Below, piece by piece: positions 9,054 to 17,892 of a stretch of 64,000 bases of DNA. The notes under the pieces were generated by a model. That model saw nothing but the letters and a program-made list of their open reading frames with translations. It did no database searches and was not told where the DNA came from. The translations under genes were made by a program, and so were the position numbers. How positions within the stretch are numbered: position 1 is the stretch's first letter; the number at the start of each line of letters is the position of its first letter. The stretch covers positions 12,142 to 76,141 of the forward strand of contig CAYFMN010000015.1 of NCBI GenBank assembly GCA_964344185.1, read 5' to 3'. The DNA comes from an uncultured Nitrospinota bacterium (GTDB lineage: Bacteria > Nitrospinota > Nitrospinia > Nitrospinales > JAJDAT01).

Positions 9054-10715
9054 ATGAAATTAAAAAGTTCTATCTCTATTTTTGTATTTGCGTTTGTCGC
9101 CTCATTTTTTAGTTTTTCTTCGTTCACATGGGCGGCGTTTCCAGGAAAAAACGTTGAAGACTGGAAAAAAATTTGGATGCCTAGCGCCCAAGCCGAGCCT
9201 TCATTTGTGCAAGCTTATGAACTAGCCCAAGAGGGAAAACTAAAAAAAGCGTTAGATCTATTAGAAAGCGCAACCATAAACCCAAAGTTTCAAGGCCCAG
9301 CCGAAATTATAAAGGGACTTATCTATAACGAAAGCGAAAAATATACGCTCGCATTAAATAGCTTCATCAAAGGGCAAAAGTTATTAGTCACTTCCCAGCA
9401 AACAACGAAAAAACGAAGAGCCAGCCACCCGGCTTTGAGTTACGGCTTTTGCGTTGCATACCGCAATGTTGGCAACGGCGATTTATCTGAAAGGGCATGT
9501 CACATGTCGTCCCAACAAAATTACGAAACTCCCGAAGCTCATTATGAAACAGCTCAAACCTTAATGGCTCTGGGAAAAATGACGGAAGCGAGACGGGAAC
9601 TAAAATTGGCCGCTGAAAAATCAGAAACCCCATCAAAGTATTTTTATGAAATTGGGCTGATTCGCGCCTACGAAAACGATAATCAAAAAGCGGAAGAAGC
9701 TTTCAAAAAATCTTTCGATTTGGACAATAATAATTTTGACGCCGCTTACCAACTTGCATATACCTATACCATTCAAAACAAATTAGACCTTGCTAATAAG
9801 TTTATAAATATAGTGTTATCGTCAAAAGAACCAAATCCCAAAATGGGTTCGGCGCGAGTTTTAAAAGATTACATAAATAAGAATGCGTTAGATAAATTAC
9901 CTAAAAAGATTGAAGCTTCCCAATATCACCTTAGTAGGTCAAAAGCGTTTTACAAATCTAAAAAATATGGCCTGTCCCTTTTAGAAATTGAAACGGCCTC
10001 TCGGCTAGCGCCAAAAGACTTAAAGATTAAAGAAATCCAAGCTGGACTAAATAGCGTTCTATTCCGAATAGAAGGCGCAAAATTCACCGTAAACAAAATC
10101 ATTGAACTAGCGGACCAGGAAAACCACGCTCTACTTTCTCGCAGTCATCAAAAATTAGGCGACCTGATGGTAATGAGCGGCGATGTAAATCAAGCAAAAG
10201 CTCATTACCAAAAAGCCATCGCTTTGGGAGACCCAGATAATTTGGCAAAAGTAGCCCTTAAAGAACTACCAAAAGAGACTAAAGAGAAACCTCCCATTAA
10301 TCCAAACGAGATAATTATCGCTCCAGAAGAAGGATTGAATAAAACAGGAGAAATATTTGCCCACTATGGGATGTATAAAAGCGCTATTGGCGTTTACTCT
10401 ACGGCTTTACGTTTAAACCCAAATTACTTGCCAGGTATGCTTAATACAGGAATGGCTTATTTTAAAAGCGGCGACTATGGACGAGCCATCACTATCCTGG
10501 AAAAAGTTTTAATAAGCTATCCCATGCATCGGCACATAGAAGCCCACCGGCTTTTACTTAGCCGCGCTTATGTAAAAAAGGGAGATCTGCGGGGAGGACT
10601 GGATAATTTAGAGGAACTCGTAAAAATTAATCCCGGCTTAAAACAAGTTATTTCAACCGACCCGATATTCCAACCTCTAAGGAATATGGAACGCTACAAA
10701 GACTTGATGAAGTAA
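9054..10715 (+). CDS. secreted TPR-repeat protein
   Basis: Signal peptide (FSSFTWA) followed by repeated A..Y/A..F TPR-like helices throughout. Confidence 0.75.
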   Translation: MKLKSSISIFVFAFVASFFSFSSFTWAAFPGKNVEDWKKIWMPSAQAEPSFVQAYELAQEGKLKKALDLLESATINPKFQGPAEIIKGLIYNESEKYTLALNSFIKGQKLLVTSQQTTKKRRASHPALSYGFCVAYRNVGNGDLSERACHMSSQQNYETPEAHYETAQTLMALGKMTEARRELKLAAEKSETPSKYFYEIGLIRAYENDNQKAEEAFKKSFDLDNNNFDAAYQLAYTYTIQNKLDLANKFINIVLSSKEPNPKMGSARVLKDYINKNALDKLPKKIEASQYHLSRSKAFYKSKKYGLSLLEIETASRLAPKDLKIKEIQAGLNSVLFRIEGAKFTVNKIIELADQENHALLSRSHQKLGDLMVMSGDVNQAKAHYQKAIALGDPDNLAKVALKELPKETKEKPPINPNEIIIAPEEGLNKTGEIFAHYGMYKSAIGVYSTALRLNPNYLPGMLNTGMAYFKSGDYGRAITILEKVLISYPMHRHIEAHRLLLSRAYVKKGDLRGGLDNLEELVKINPGLKQVISTDPIFQPLRNMERYKDLMK

Positions 10716-10771
10716 TAAATTTAATCCCATCGCGTGTCATTCAGGCGATCCGCTTTAGCGGCAATGTTAAT

Positions 10772-11539
10772 TTAACGTTTCAAAATACTTTGTCGGAAGT
10801 ACTTTTTAGGAATGGGTTTATCAAATTGGATTTCGTCAAAATGGTAAATCGTTTTCGTGTCGGTTTTTAACATATCTCTGAAAATCATTCTCTTCGGAAA
10901 AAAACGACCGCTATAATCCTGGTACTCTTCAAACTTAACGCGCTTTAAAAGCTTTCCGCTTTTAGCGTATCGCTCTTCTTTTAATACTATCTTTTCTTTA
11001 GGCTCAACCCAAACGCGCCTTGTCTGGTAGGTAATCTCTTTATCCTTTGCGGTTAAAAACAATACCGCCGACCTAGTTCCGTCAACCTCTTCCCACTTCT
11101 CCAATATTACGTCGTAAGACCGACTCATTTTGCGGTCTTCCAACATATCTTCATAAGATAAATCGCTTCCCATCATGGATTGGCGAAGCAAATGCCCCGC
11201 AATTAAAATTTTCCGGTCCGTTCGCGGAGTGTATAACCAAAGCTTTCTTTTAATCTTAAGCATTTGGGTACCCTTTTCCCGCGCAGGCGATTTATAATAA
11301 CTATAGGAATTCTCCAACCCCTCCATCCAGGTATCAACCGCCATGGTTCGGACCCTGCGGCCGTTATCAACAGACAATCTGCCGCTAATAATTTTTGTAT
11401 TGGACCACAGATTATCGTCCACCGCTTTTAATAACTGCCAGGGATCTATCTCTTGCGCGTAAGTGTTGTTAAATGGGAAAAAACTTATCCCAAAAAAAAT
11501 TACAATAAAAATATTTATTAAATTTTTATGACTTTGCAT
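10772..11539 (-). CDS. outer-membrane lipoprotein-sorting (LolA-like) protein
   Basis: The ATG at 11539 (MQSHKNLINIFIVIFF...AQE) gives a signal peptide. The track's longer N-terminus only translates an intergenic repeat. Body has KLWLYTPRTDRKILIAG..LRQSMMGSDLSYEDM and WVEPKEKIVLKEERY, typical of the LolA-like family. Confidence 0.7.
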   Translation of the reverse strand: MQSHKNLINIFIVIFFGISFFPFNNTYAQEIDPWQLLKAVDDNLWSNTKIISGRLSVDNGRRVRTMAVDTWMEGLENSYSYYKSPAREKGTQMLKIKRKLWLYTPRTDRKILIAGHLLRQSMMGSDLSYEDMLEDRKMSRSYDVILEKWEEVDGTRSAVLFLTAKDKEITYQTRRVWVEPKEKIVLKEERYAKSGKLLKRVKFEEYQDYSGRFFPKRMIFRDMLKTDTKTIYHFDEIQFDKPIPKKYFRQSILKR

Positions 11540-11547
11540 CTTAATTT

Positions 11548-11576
11548 TTCTTTGCGTCCTTTGCGCCTTTGCGGTT
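11548..11576. repeat. solo copy of the (Y)CTTTGCG-triplet repeat arm seen at 14992..15021
   Basis: TTCTTTGCGTCCTTTGCGCCTTTGCGGTT versus TTCTTTGCGCTCTCTGCGTCTTTGCGGTT; lies between the permease stop and the LolA-like start. Confidence 0.6.
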
Positions 11577-11611
11577 AATCTTTTAAGGGCTATTGACTTA
11601 AATCGCACATT

Positions 11612-12907
11612 TTATCCATGTTCCAATTCACGAAATAACTCCGCTTCAGATCGTTTGAATATCCCAAGTCCTGCGACTAAGGTTCCCAAGACGTTTGCCA
11701 AAATGCCCGGAATGACTGCATAAACAAAAGCCTCTACGCTCATTCTTGCCCGAGAAACATCGCTCAGCATCAAACCGGTTTGGGCTAGTTTATCGCCCAT
11801 ATCAATTCCGTATTCCTGAAAATAATATAAAAAACTTCCCCCTAAAATACAGCCGAAAAAAGCGCCAATTACGCCCACTAAAAAAGCTTCCGTCATCAAA
11901 TGCTTCAGAAGCAATCCATGAGATTCGCCCATCGCAAGCCGCATTCCAAGCTCGCCATACCTGTAAATGCCATTTAACAAACCGGCGTTCCACAAAACAA
12001 TTCCCATTAATATTAAAAAAATGGCGACCACATACGCATTGACGCTTTCAAAAGTCGTAACGATGGTATCTAAATTCCTTTGTTCTAATACCGTCTTTAC
12101 AATCGGCCAATCGTCTTCAGCCCAACCAGGAAGCGGTTTTAAAGATTCTAATCGTTTCTCAAGGTCGGATTTAATAATTCCATACTTTTTATAGGATACG
12201 CCTCTCGGCAAAAAACCCAGCCAGTCAGTAACCATATCTTCCAAATAAAATGAGTCTTGAGCTCCAGTTATATCCATAAGAGCCATGCGTTTATCCATAG
12301 CGTTAACTCCAAAACGAACAAACCCGACAACCCTATAGTTATCCGCCGCCAATCCTCCGTCATACGACTGACCAAGTAACGTAACCGTTTCGCCAATCCT
12401 AAGTTCTAATTCGCGCGCTGCCAAATACCCTACCAATATCTCTTTAGGTTTTTGCGGAGCCATGCCCTCTATAATGACTTTTTCCAATCTCAATCTTTCA
12501 ATTTCGTTTGACGAATCGCTAAGAAGATCTAACGCCGTTCCAATAACCGGTTTTTGCGCTCTCGTTTCGCCGTTTTCGTCGGGGACGTCCATAACCGCTC
12601 CCCATCGAACTCTGGGAGCCCATTCAATTTGCTCAGGCGAATTTTCTTTTAGCCATTTTAGAGTTTCCTTCTGAGACGGCAACGATCTATCCAATGGATT
12701 CATATGTTCGTCTTTATAAAAGTCTCTGTTAACGAACCGTATATGTCCCGTATCCAGGTTAGCCGTCATATCAACCATATCCATCAAAATACCGTCCATA
12801 AAACCCAGCATGACAATCGTCAAACCCACCCCCAGGCAAACCACGATTCCTGGAAACAACGAGCGCGACTTATCCCGCAAAACGCCTTTTAAGATCCATC
12901 GAATCAT
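11612..12907 (-). CDS. ABC transporter permease, FtsX/MacB-type
   Basis: Start refined to ATG 12907 (MIRWILKGVLRDKSRS), 4 nt after the upstream stop. N-terminal TM, large periplasmic domain, C-terminal FtsX 3-TM bundle. Confidence 0.8.
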   Translation of the reverse strand: MIRWILKGVLRDKSRSLFPGIVVCLGVGLTIVMLGFMDGILMDMVDMTANLDTGHIRFVNRDFYKDEHMNPLDRSLPSQKETLKWLKENSPEQIEWAPRVRWGAVMDVPDENGETRAQKPVIGTALDLLSDSSNEIERLRLEKVIIEGMAPQKPKEILVGYLAARELELRIGETVTLLGQSYDGGLAADNYRVVGFVRFGVNAMDKRMALMDITGAQDSFYLEDMVTDWLGFLPRGVSYKKYGIIKSDLEKRLESLKPLPGWAEDDWPIVKTVLEQRNLDTIVTTFESVNAYVVAIFLILMGIVLWNAGLLNGIYRYGELGMRLAMGESHGLLLKHLMTEAFLVGVIGAFFGCILGGSFLYYFQEYGIDMGDKLAQTGLMLSDVSRARMSVEAFVYAVIPGILANVLGTLVAGLGIFKRSEAELFRELEHG

Positions 12908-12911
12908 TTTT

Positions 12912-14069
12912 TTAGAAAGCCTTTCCGACAAGAGCTCTCGAAGCGTCAATACGAGAGATCTTTCTCGCCGGCAACCAGGAAGCAAAAACAATCATTAAAG
13001 TAGCGGTTAAAAGACAATTAACAATTTGTTTAGGATCAAAGACTAACAAAATATTTTCCGTTACGGGTATGGTTGAATCCTTCAAGTGCGAAATATCAAG
13101 CCCAACAGTTTGGAACCATGCGAAAAACGGAACTCCTAAAATAAACGCCAACACAACGGCTCCAACAGCCGTGAAGCTTCCTTCCAAAACAAACATCTTA
13201 GTCAATTGCCCAGGAGTCATACCCAAGGCTAAGAGAGTGCCCGCTTCTCTTTGCCGTTTAAAAGCGTTTAACATTTGCGAATTAAATACGCTGATACAAC
13301 ATAAAAACATTAATATGCTCCACAAAATCGTCGAATTGCGCCGATCATGTTTGGCTAACTCAATAACGTCTTTCATCAAAACGCTAGGAATTAAAAAAGA
13401 TAACCCTTTAACCTCGCCCTGGTCGGATTTCACAGTCACCCAACTCGACTCATTTTCGCGTCGAGTCATATCTCGAAGCGTTTTTAACCCAACCCAAACA
13501 ACTCCATCGTTTAGCCGAGGATTCACAAAACGAACCGTCTCTATAATTTCGATCTCGCGCGCGTCGACGGCCCCATATTTATCGCGCCACTTCAAAATAA
13601 CAAAATCTCCTTTTTCTAAATTTGATTTCTTCGCCATCTTGGTTCCAATGATCGCCGGGATAAAATCCCCCTTATAAGAATTAATAGAGCTTAATGGCAA
13701 TTCAAGTAAATTCTGTCCAAGATCAATCCCCCTTATTTGAACAGGAATAAACCGGTTTTGAGGAAAAATTTGTCCTTGTTGGACCAAAACTTCGGCCTTT
13801 TCATCCCGCGATAATTGTTTTAACTCAGGAGGCGTAACGAAAGCGAAATCTTCCCATTCTGTAGGAGATAAAATATCAAAATCGGCAAGTCTATAATGCC
13901 CTCCTGCCACATCGGTTTTTTTAAGATTTTTAGACGATTGGTCCTGGAACCCATTGACTAAAGAAACCATAAAAACCGCAACAATCAAGGTCAAAGCCGC
14001 AACAACGATATTTAAAACCGCCCTCAAACCTTGGCGGCAAAAATTTTTCCAGGCCGATTGCAATATCAC
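12912..14069 (-). CDS. ABC transporter permease, FtsX/MacB-type
   Basis: SAWKNFCRQGLRAVLNIVVAAL N-terminal TM and a C-terminal FtsX bundle (REAGTLLALGMTPGQL). Overlaps the ATPase gene by 4 nt. Confidence 0.8.
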   Translation of the reverse strand: MILQSAWKNFCRQGLRAVLNIVVAALTLIVAVFMVSLVNGFQDQSSKNLKKTDVAGGHYRLADFDILSPTEWEDFAFVTPPELKQLSRDEKAEVLVQQGQIFPQNRFIPVQIRGIDLGQNLLELPLSSINSYKGDFIPAIIGTKMAKKSNLEKGDFVILKWRDKYGAVDAREIEIIETVRFVNPRLNDGVVWVGLKTLRDMTRRENESSWVTVKSDQGEVKGLSFLIPSVLMKDVIELAKHDRRNSTILWSILMFLCCISVFNSQMLNAFKRQREAGTLLALGMTPGQLTKMFVLEGSFTAVGAVVLAFILGVPFFAWFQTVGLDISHLKDSTIPVTENILLVFDPKQIVNCLLTATLMIVFASWLPARKISRIDASRALVGKAF

Positions 14070-14764
14070 GATTTCGTTTCTCCATTGATGCCGTCTATAT
14101 CGCTCACAATGCGACCGTCGTCCAAAGTAATCTTTCTTTTAACGTAATGGATCAATTTTTCGTCGTGGGTCGAAAAAAGAAAAGCGCAGCCAAATTCTCG
14201 GTTTAATTCGGAGGTCAACTCTAAAACCGCGCGAGAATTTTCAGCGTCAAGATTTGCCGTCGGTTCGTCCGCCAAAACTAAAGCCGGTTTTTTTACCAAA
14301 GCCCGGGCAATGGCAACCCGCTGGCATTGTCCCCCAGAAAGCTCAGTAGGCTTTTTCTTTTCAAGCCCTCCTAAACCAACTCTTTCAATCAATTTCAAAA
14401 CGTCGTTTTTTACCTTAGATTCCTTTTCGTCGTTTAATAATAAAGGAAATAAAACGTTTTCATAAACGTTATAAACCGGCAACAAATTATGGAACTGAAA
14501 AATGAATCCAATTTTTTTTCGACGCAGTTCCGCAAGCTGATCTTTATTAAAATCAGCCAGACTTCTTCCTTCCAGAATAACTTTTCCCTCAGAAGGTTTA
14601 TCCAAACCGCCGATTAAATTTAGTAGAGTAGTCTTTCCCGACCCAGAAGGTCCGATGAAGGCTAAGAAAGCCCCTGATTCAATTTTTAGGTTAACGTCTC
14701 TAAGCGCGTGGAAGTCTTCCGAGCCAACCCGATAAACCTTCTCAACGTGTCTTAATTCCAACAT
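14066..14764 (-). CDS. ABC transporter ATP-binding protein (LolD/MacB-like)
   Basis: Walker A GPSGSGKTT, signature LSGGQCQR, Walker B LVLADEPT. Confidence 0.95.
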   Translation of the reverse strand: MLELRHVEKVYRVGSEDFHALRDVNLKIESGAFLAFIGPSGSGKTTLLNLIGGLDKPSEGKVILEGRSLADFNKDQLAELRRKKIGFIFQFHNLLPVYNVYENVLFPLLLNDEKESKVKNDVLKLIERVGLGGLEKKKPTELSGGQCQRVAIARALVKKPALVLADEPTANLDAENSRAVLELTSELNREFGCAFLFSTHDEKLIHYVKRKITLDDGRIVSDIDGINGETKS

Positions 14765-14783
14765 GATTTCGTTATATCCTCAA

Positions 14784-15021
14784 TAACCGCAAAGACGCAG
14801 AGAGCGCAAAGAAAAACTAAGAACTAAAGTCATACTAACTCCGCGTTAAAAAATATACCGTATTCCAATAATCAAGAAATCTAATTCAAGGAAGAATCTC
14901 CTCAATCCGATTAAATAAACTACCCTTTGCCATCCCCAGATTCTTTCCTCAGACGTTGCTCAGGTCAAGCCTTGACAGCAAAGCTTTAGCCTTTCTTTGC
15001 GCTCTCTGCGTCTTTGCGGTT
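14784..15021. repeat. 238-bp element bounded by perfect 30-bp inverted repeats (MITE-like or very long RNA stem)
   Basis: AACCGCAAAGACGCAGAGAGCGCAAAGAAA (14784-14813) is the exact reverse complement of TTTCTTTGCGCTCTCTGCGTCTTTGCGGTT (14992-15021). No ORF inside. Confidence 0.7.
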
Positions 15022-15031
15022 CAAAAAAGCC

Positions 15032-16186
15032 TTAGTAAAACGCAATCATCGAAAAACCAACTGAAGACTCCGTCCCTGTAAATACCGGACTATCACGGAA
15101 CAAACGCCCAAGCGCATTCTTTTCTTTAACGCTACCGCCAATATTACCTTGCAGATATAAATAAATCTGATCCGTCAATGCGTATTCAACTTGCGGAACC
15201 AATTGGAAACTACCGTCAAAAACGTCAGAAAAGGCAAACCTCCGCCAAACGGTAGCGATCCCAACCGGTTGATCCATCTGCAGCCCCAATTGATGGATCG
15301 TTTGATCTCCCTTAGAATCGACAACGCTAAAACCCTTTTCAGAAGAAGAAATAAAATACTCCAGTAAAACGTGAAGTCCCTGGCCCACGTCAAAGGTATA
15401 ATCAGTTCCGAAAACAGAATCGACTCGAAACAGACTTTCACCAGAAACGCTTTCTAAATCAAAACGGGTTTCGTTCCAATAACCAACCTCATACTCGCCC
15501 TTAAAATGATAACCAAACTGTGTTAATTCTTTATCAAAGTTGGCAAGATCCCTTAAATCGGATACCGGCTTATATTGAAAGGCTACTCCAGTTTCCAATC
15601 CGCCAACCAATCCCTCCCAACGACCCCCAACAATCATGCGAGTCTCGCTTTTTGCTGGAACTAACCAGCTTTGAAGTGTTGTGGTTTCGTTTGCATGCCA
15701 GGTAAACCGGAAGCTATCCACTCCAACGGTTAGAGGAAAAACGCCAGAAATAACGCGATTGTCGTAAAAACCAAGAGGCCGAAATAAAGCCCCGGCTCCA
15801 AACAGGATCTGTTGTCTCCCAGCCCGTAATTCTAAATCTTCAGAACCAGAACTCAACCGAGTCCAAGCCCTGAAAAAATCAACGTCCCAATCTTCGACAA
15901 AACCCACTTGCTCGCTAGCGCCCCAGGCGTTTCTATTATCAATAAGGATTTCGTAATCTAACGACCAGGCGGATTTTTGAATAAAGTTACCATAACCGCC
16001 AAGCCGGATTTCGGTAGCGGCGTCGTAATCGTCAGTATCCGAGGGGGAGCCGGATATCCACCTGGTGTCGGCGCGAAGGCGTCCGTTGAAATTATAATCA
16101 AACGCATTTGCGGAATTAACCGCAGAAAACACAAAAACAAAAACGAATAACGCCTCCAAGCTTTTATATTTGAGGCGTAAATTCAT
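15032..16186 (-). CDS. predicted outer-membrane beta-barrel protein (porin-like), unknown family
   Basis: Signal peptide ...FSAVNSANA, alternating amphipathic strands rich in G/Y/D, C-terminal aromatic residues ...SMIAFY. ATG at 16186, one codon inside the TTG of the track. Confidence 0.55.
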   Translation of the reverse strand: MNLRLKYKSLEALFVFVFVFSAVNSANAFDYNFNGRLRADTRWISGSPSDTDDYDAATEIRLGGYGNFIQKSAWSLDYEILIDNRNAWGASEQVGFVEDWDVDFFRAWTRLSSGSEDLELRAGRQQILFGAGALFRPLGFYDNRVISGVFPLTVGVDSFRFTWHANETTTLQSWLVPAKSETRMIVGGRWEGLVGGLETGVAFQYKPVSDLRDLANFDKELTQFGYHFKGEYEVGYWNETRFDLESVSGESLFRVDSVFGTDYTFDVGQGLHVLLEYFISSSEKGFSVVDSKGDQTIHQLGLQMDQPVGIATVWRRFAFSDVFDGSFQLVPQVEYALTDQIYLYLQGNIGGSVKEKNALGRLFRDSPVFTGTESSVGFSMIAFY

Positions 16187-16236
16187 CAACTAATATAGAT
16201 CCAAAGTTTTACCTGATTAATCAACCTGGAAATAAA

Positions 16237-16722
16237 TCACAGTAATTTTTTAAGGTAAGGAATCAATTGATCCGCTCCAACCGAAGGGGTTCGCGCCAAC
16301 AAATCTCCATCAGGCCCGATAATCAATACCGTCGGCATATCCCTCTGGATATAAGCTTTATGTACCGTCATATCAGGATCAAGATAATATGGAAAATTAA
16401 CCTTGGAAGGGAAACCGTTCAAATATTTTGTAACAGCTTCTTTGGAATCTCCGGCGGTATTTATTCCGATAATTGCTAATTTATCTGAACTCAGGCTAGC
16501 TCTAACCTTTTCTAATTCCATAGCTTGATTTCTACAAGGAACGCAAATATGAAACATTCCTACCAAAACAACTTTACCTTTGAAGTCGGAAAGAGATACG
16601 CTTTTACCATCCATAGATTGAATAGAAAAATCTGGAGCTTTATCGCCTGCAACAGGAGCTTTTGCCATAGCCAATCCCGTCCACAGAAAAAACAGAACCG
16701 CGATTGCCATTACTTTACGCAT
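16237..16722 (-). CDS. periplasmic thiol:disulfide oxidoreductase (TlpA/redoxin family)
   Basis: Signal peptide, APDFSIQSMDGKSVSLSDFKGKVVLV..FHICVPCRNQ (CxxC), thioredoxin-fold length. Confidence 0.8.
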   Translation of the reverse strand: MRKVMAIAVLFFLWTGLAMAKAPVAGDKAPDFSIQSMDGKSVSLSDFKGKVVLVGMFHICVPCRNQAMELEKVRASLSSDKLAIIGINTAGDSKEAVTKYLNGFPSKVNFPYYLDPDMTVHKAYIQRDMPTVLIIGPDGDLLARTPSVGADQLIPYLKKLL

Positions 16723-16836
16723 AATAACCTCGGAGTTTTATGAAATTGATTTTAGACAGTACATAATCAGAATATTGGATGGATTACTAAAAGTCAACGT
16801 GACGTTTGGCGTAAATTTGACTTCCCTTTTGGTTTA

Positions 16837-17256
16837 TTCTGCTGAAGGGCGAACAAGCTCAACGATCTCTTAAATTGTAATTTTGCGTTCAATGAAAGCC
16901 CTTCTCAACATCATTCTTGAGGAACCACGAAGTGGTGACGAAGAATCTAGACTAAATTTTTCCACTTGTTCCTTAGGAACGACTAACTCGTCCTGCGCGT
17001 TTATTGGTAAAGATACTAACTCCCGTCATCTCGACCAAAATAAAATTGTCACCCTGAGGCCCTCGAAGGGTCAACGGTCCACAGGAGCGTTGTTACCGCT
17101 TAAATTCGAGTTAGTTCCTTAGGACCGCCTAATTGGTTTCGCCCGTTGATTGATCAAGAAACTAAGCGGATTCCAACTGTCAGGCTGAGGTTCTCGAAGC
17201 CTCGACCTAATAAACGAAAGCATAGTTTCTTAGGAAGCTCTTAAGGACCGACCTCC
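16837..17256 (+). repeat. array of degenerate ~130-bp tandem units, each with a TGTCA-N5-TGAGG..CGAAG-N5' hairpin core
   Basis: Cores at 16837-16864 (weak), 16911-16947, 17047-17076 (TGTCACCCTGAGGCCCTCGAAGGGTCAACG) and 17178-17207 (TGTCAGGCTGAGGTTCTCGAAGCCTCGACC). Second shared block GTTCCTTAGGAMC at 16968, 17114 and 17225. Confidence 0.65.
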
Positions 17257-17339
17257 TTATTTTAGCGCCCAAGATGCATTATTATCGTGATACCTATTAC
17301 TATATAACTTTTGCTAATTTTATAAATTAATGTTATATC

Positions 17340-17876
17340 GTGGCAAAAAAATCTCGGGGAACTATGGATCTATTTGATAAAAATTTAGAACAAGCTGTCT
17401 TTAAAGAATTATGTTCGCAATCATGGAAAATCTTATATTGCCATTTAGGGTTTTCAGATACGGAAGACGAACTTGTTGAGGCCGTCATAAACTTTGATAA
17501 AGAACCTCAGGAAAAACCCACATGGGAATCGTTTTTACCCGGACTAAAAAGGGCTAAAGAGAACTGTCAGGAAATATCCAGCATCGCTGTAAATTTTGAA
17601 AACTCGATACAAGGTTTGGAATTAATCGATAAGTCTTATTTAGCCAGTATCCTTCTAAAAATTTCCGGGTCTCATTTAAATAAAGCCGCCGTTTTTGAAT
17701 TTGGCGTTCACATGATCCAAAAAAATGAAAAAAATAAAAGTTTAAACTTCAATAATCGATTTTGGGATATTCAAAAAGATTGCATTAACTTCTTGAGCGT
17801 TCTTCGAATGAACATAGAAATCATCACGCATTCGCAGACGGGCGATTTTAAAAATCCTTTTCGGTCCGAGCAATAA
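17340..17876 (+). CDS. hypothetical protein, no recognised family (orphan between repeat clusters)
   Basis: 178-codon ORF with GTG start (alternative ATG at 17364). No motif recognised. Confidence 0.45.
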   Translation: MAKKSRGTMDLFDKNLEQAVFKELCSQSWKILYCHLGFSDTEDELVEAVINFDKEPQEKPTWESFLPGLKRAKENCQEISSIAVNFENSIQGLELIDKSYLASILLKISGSHLNKAAVFEFGVHMIQKNEKNKSLNFNNRFWDIQKDCINFLSVLRMNIEIITHSQTGDFKNPFRSEQ

Positions 17877-17892
17877 GTGGAAAATTAATCTA

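Noticed and set aside
13069-13677. 202-aa ORF antisense to the FtsX permease. Other antisense or shadow ORFs are similar: 1464..2191 group, 4806..5048, 5302..5556, 7161..7385, 9388..9636, 11746..12194, 12462..12998, 15175..16140 group, 16267..16743, 18584..18844, 19220..19558, 20461..20718, 21836..22042, 23441..23668, 28360..28745, 32491..35742 group, 36300..36601, 39545..39817, 40076..40599 group, 43548..43772, 44383..44574, 45550..45774, 46002..46187, 48503..48733, 49311..49511, 50551..51747 group, 52492..52683, 53495..55034 group, 56784..56993, 59506..59691, 61538..61762
   Set aside because: Each lies entirely within, or mostly overlaps, a much longer ORF that has clear family motifs. Their sequences are low-complexity or biased, as expected for shadow frames.
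16883-17122. 79-aa ORF in the large gap between the TlpA-like gene and the orphan gene
   Set aside because: It runs straight through the tandem hairpin repeats (…VTLRPSKGQRS…), has no RBS, and its 'protein' is just repeat translation. Treated as non-coding repeat DNA.
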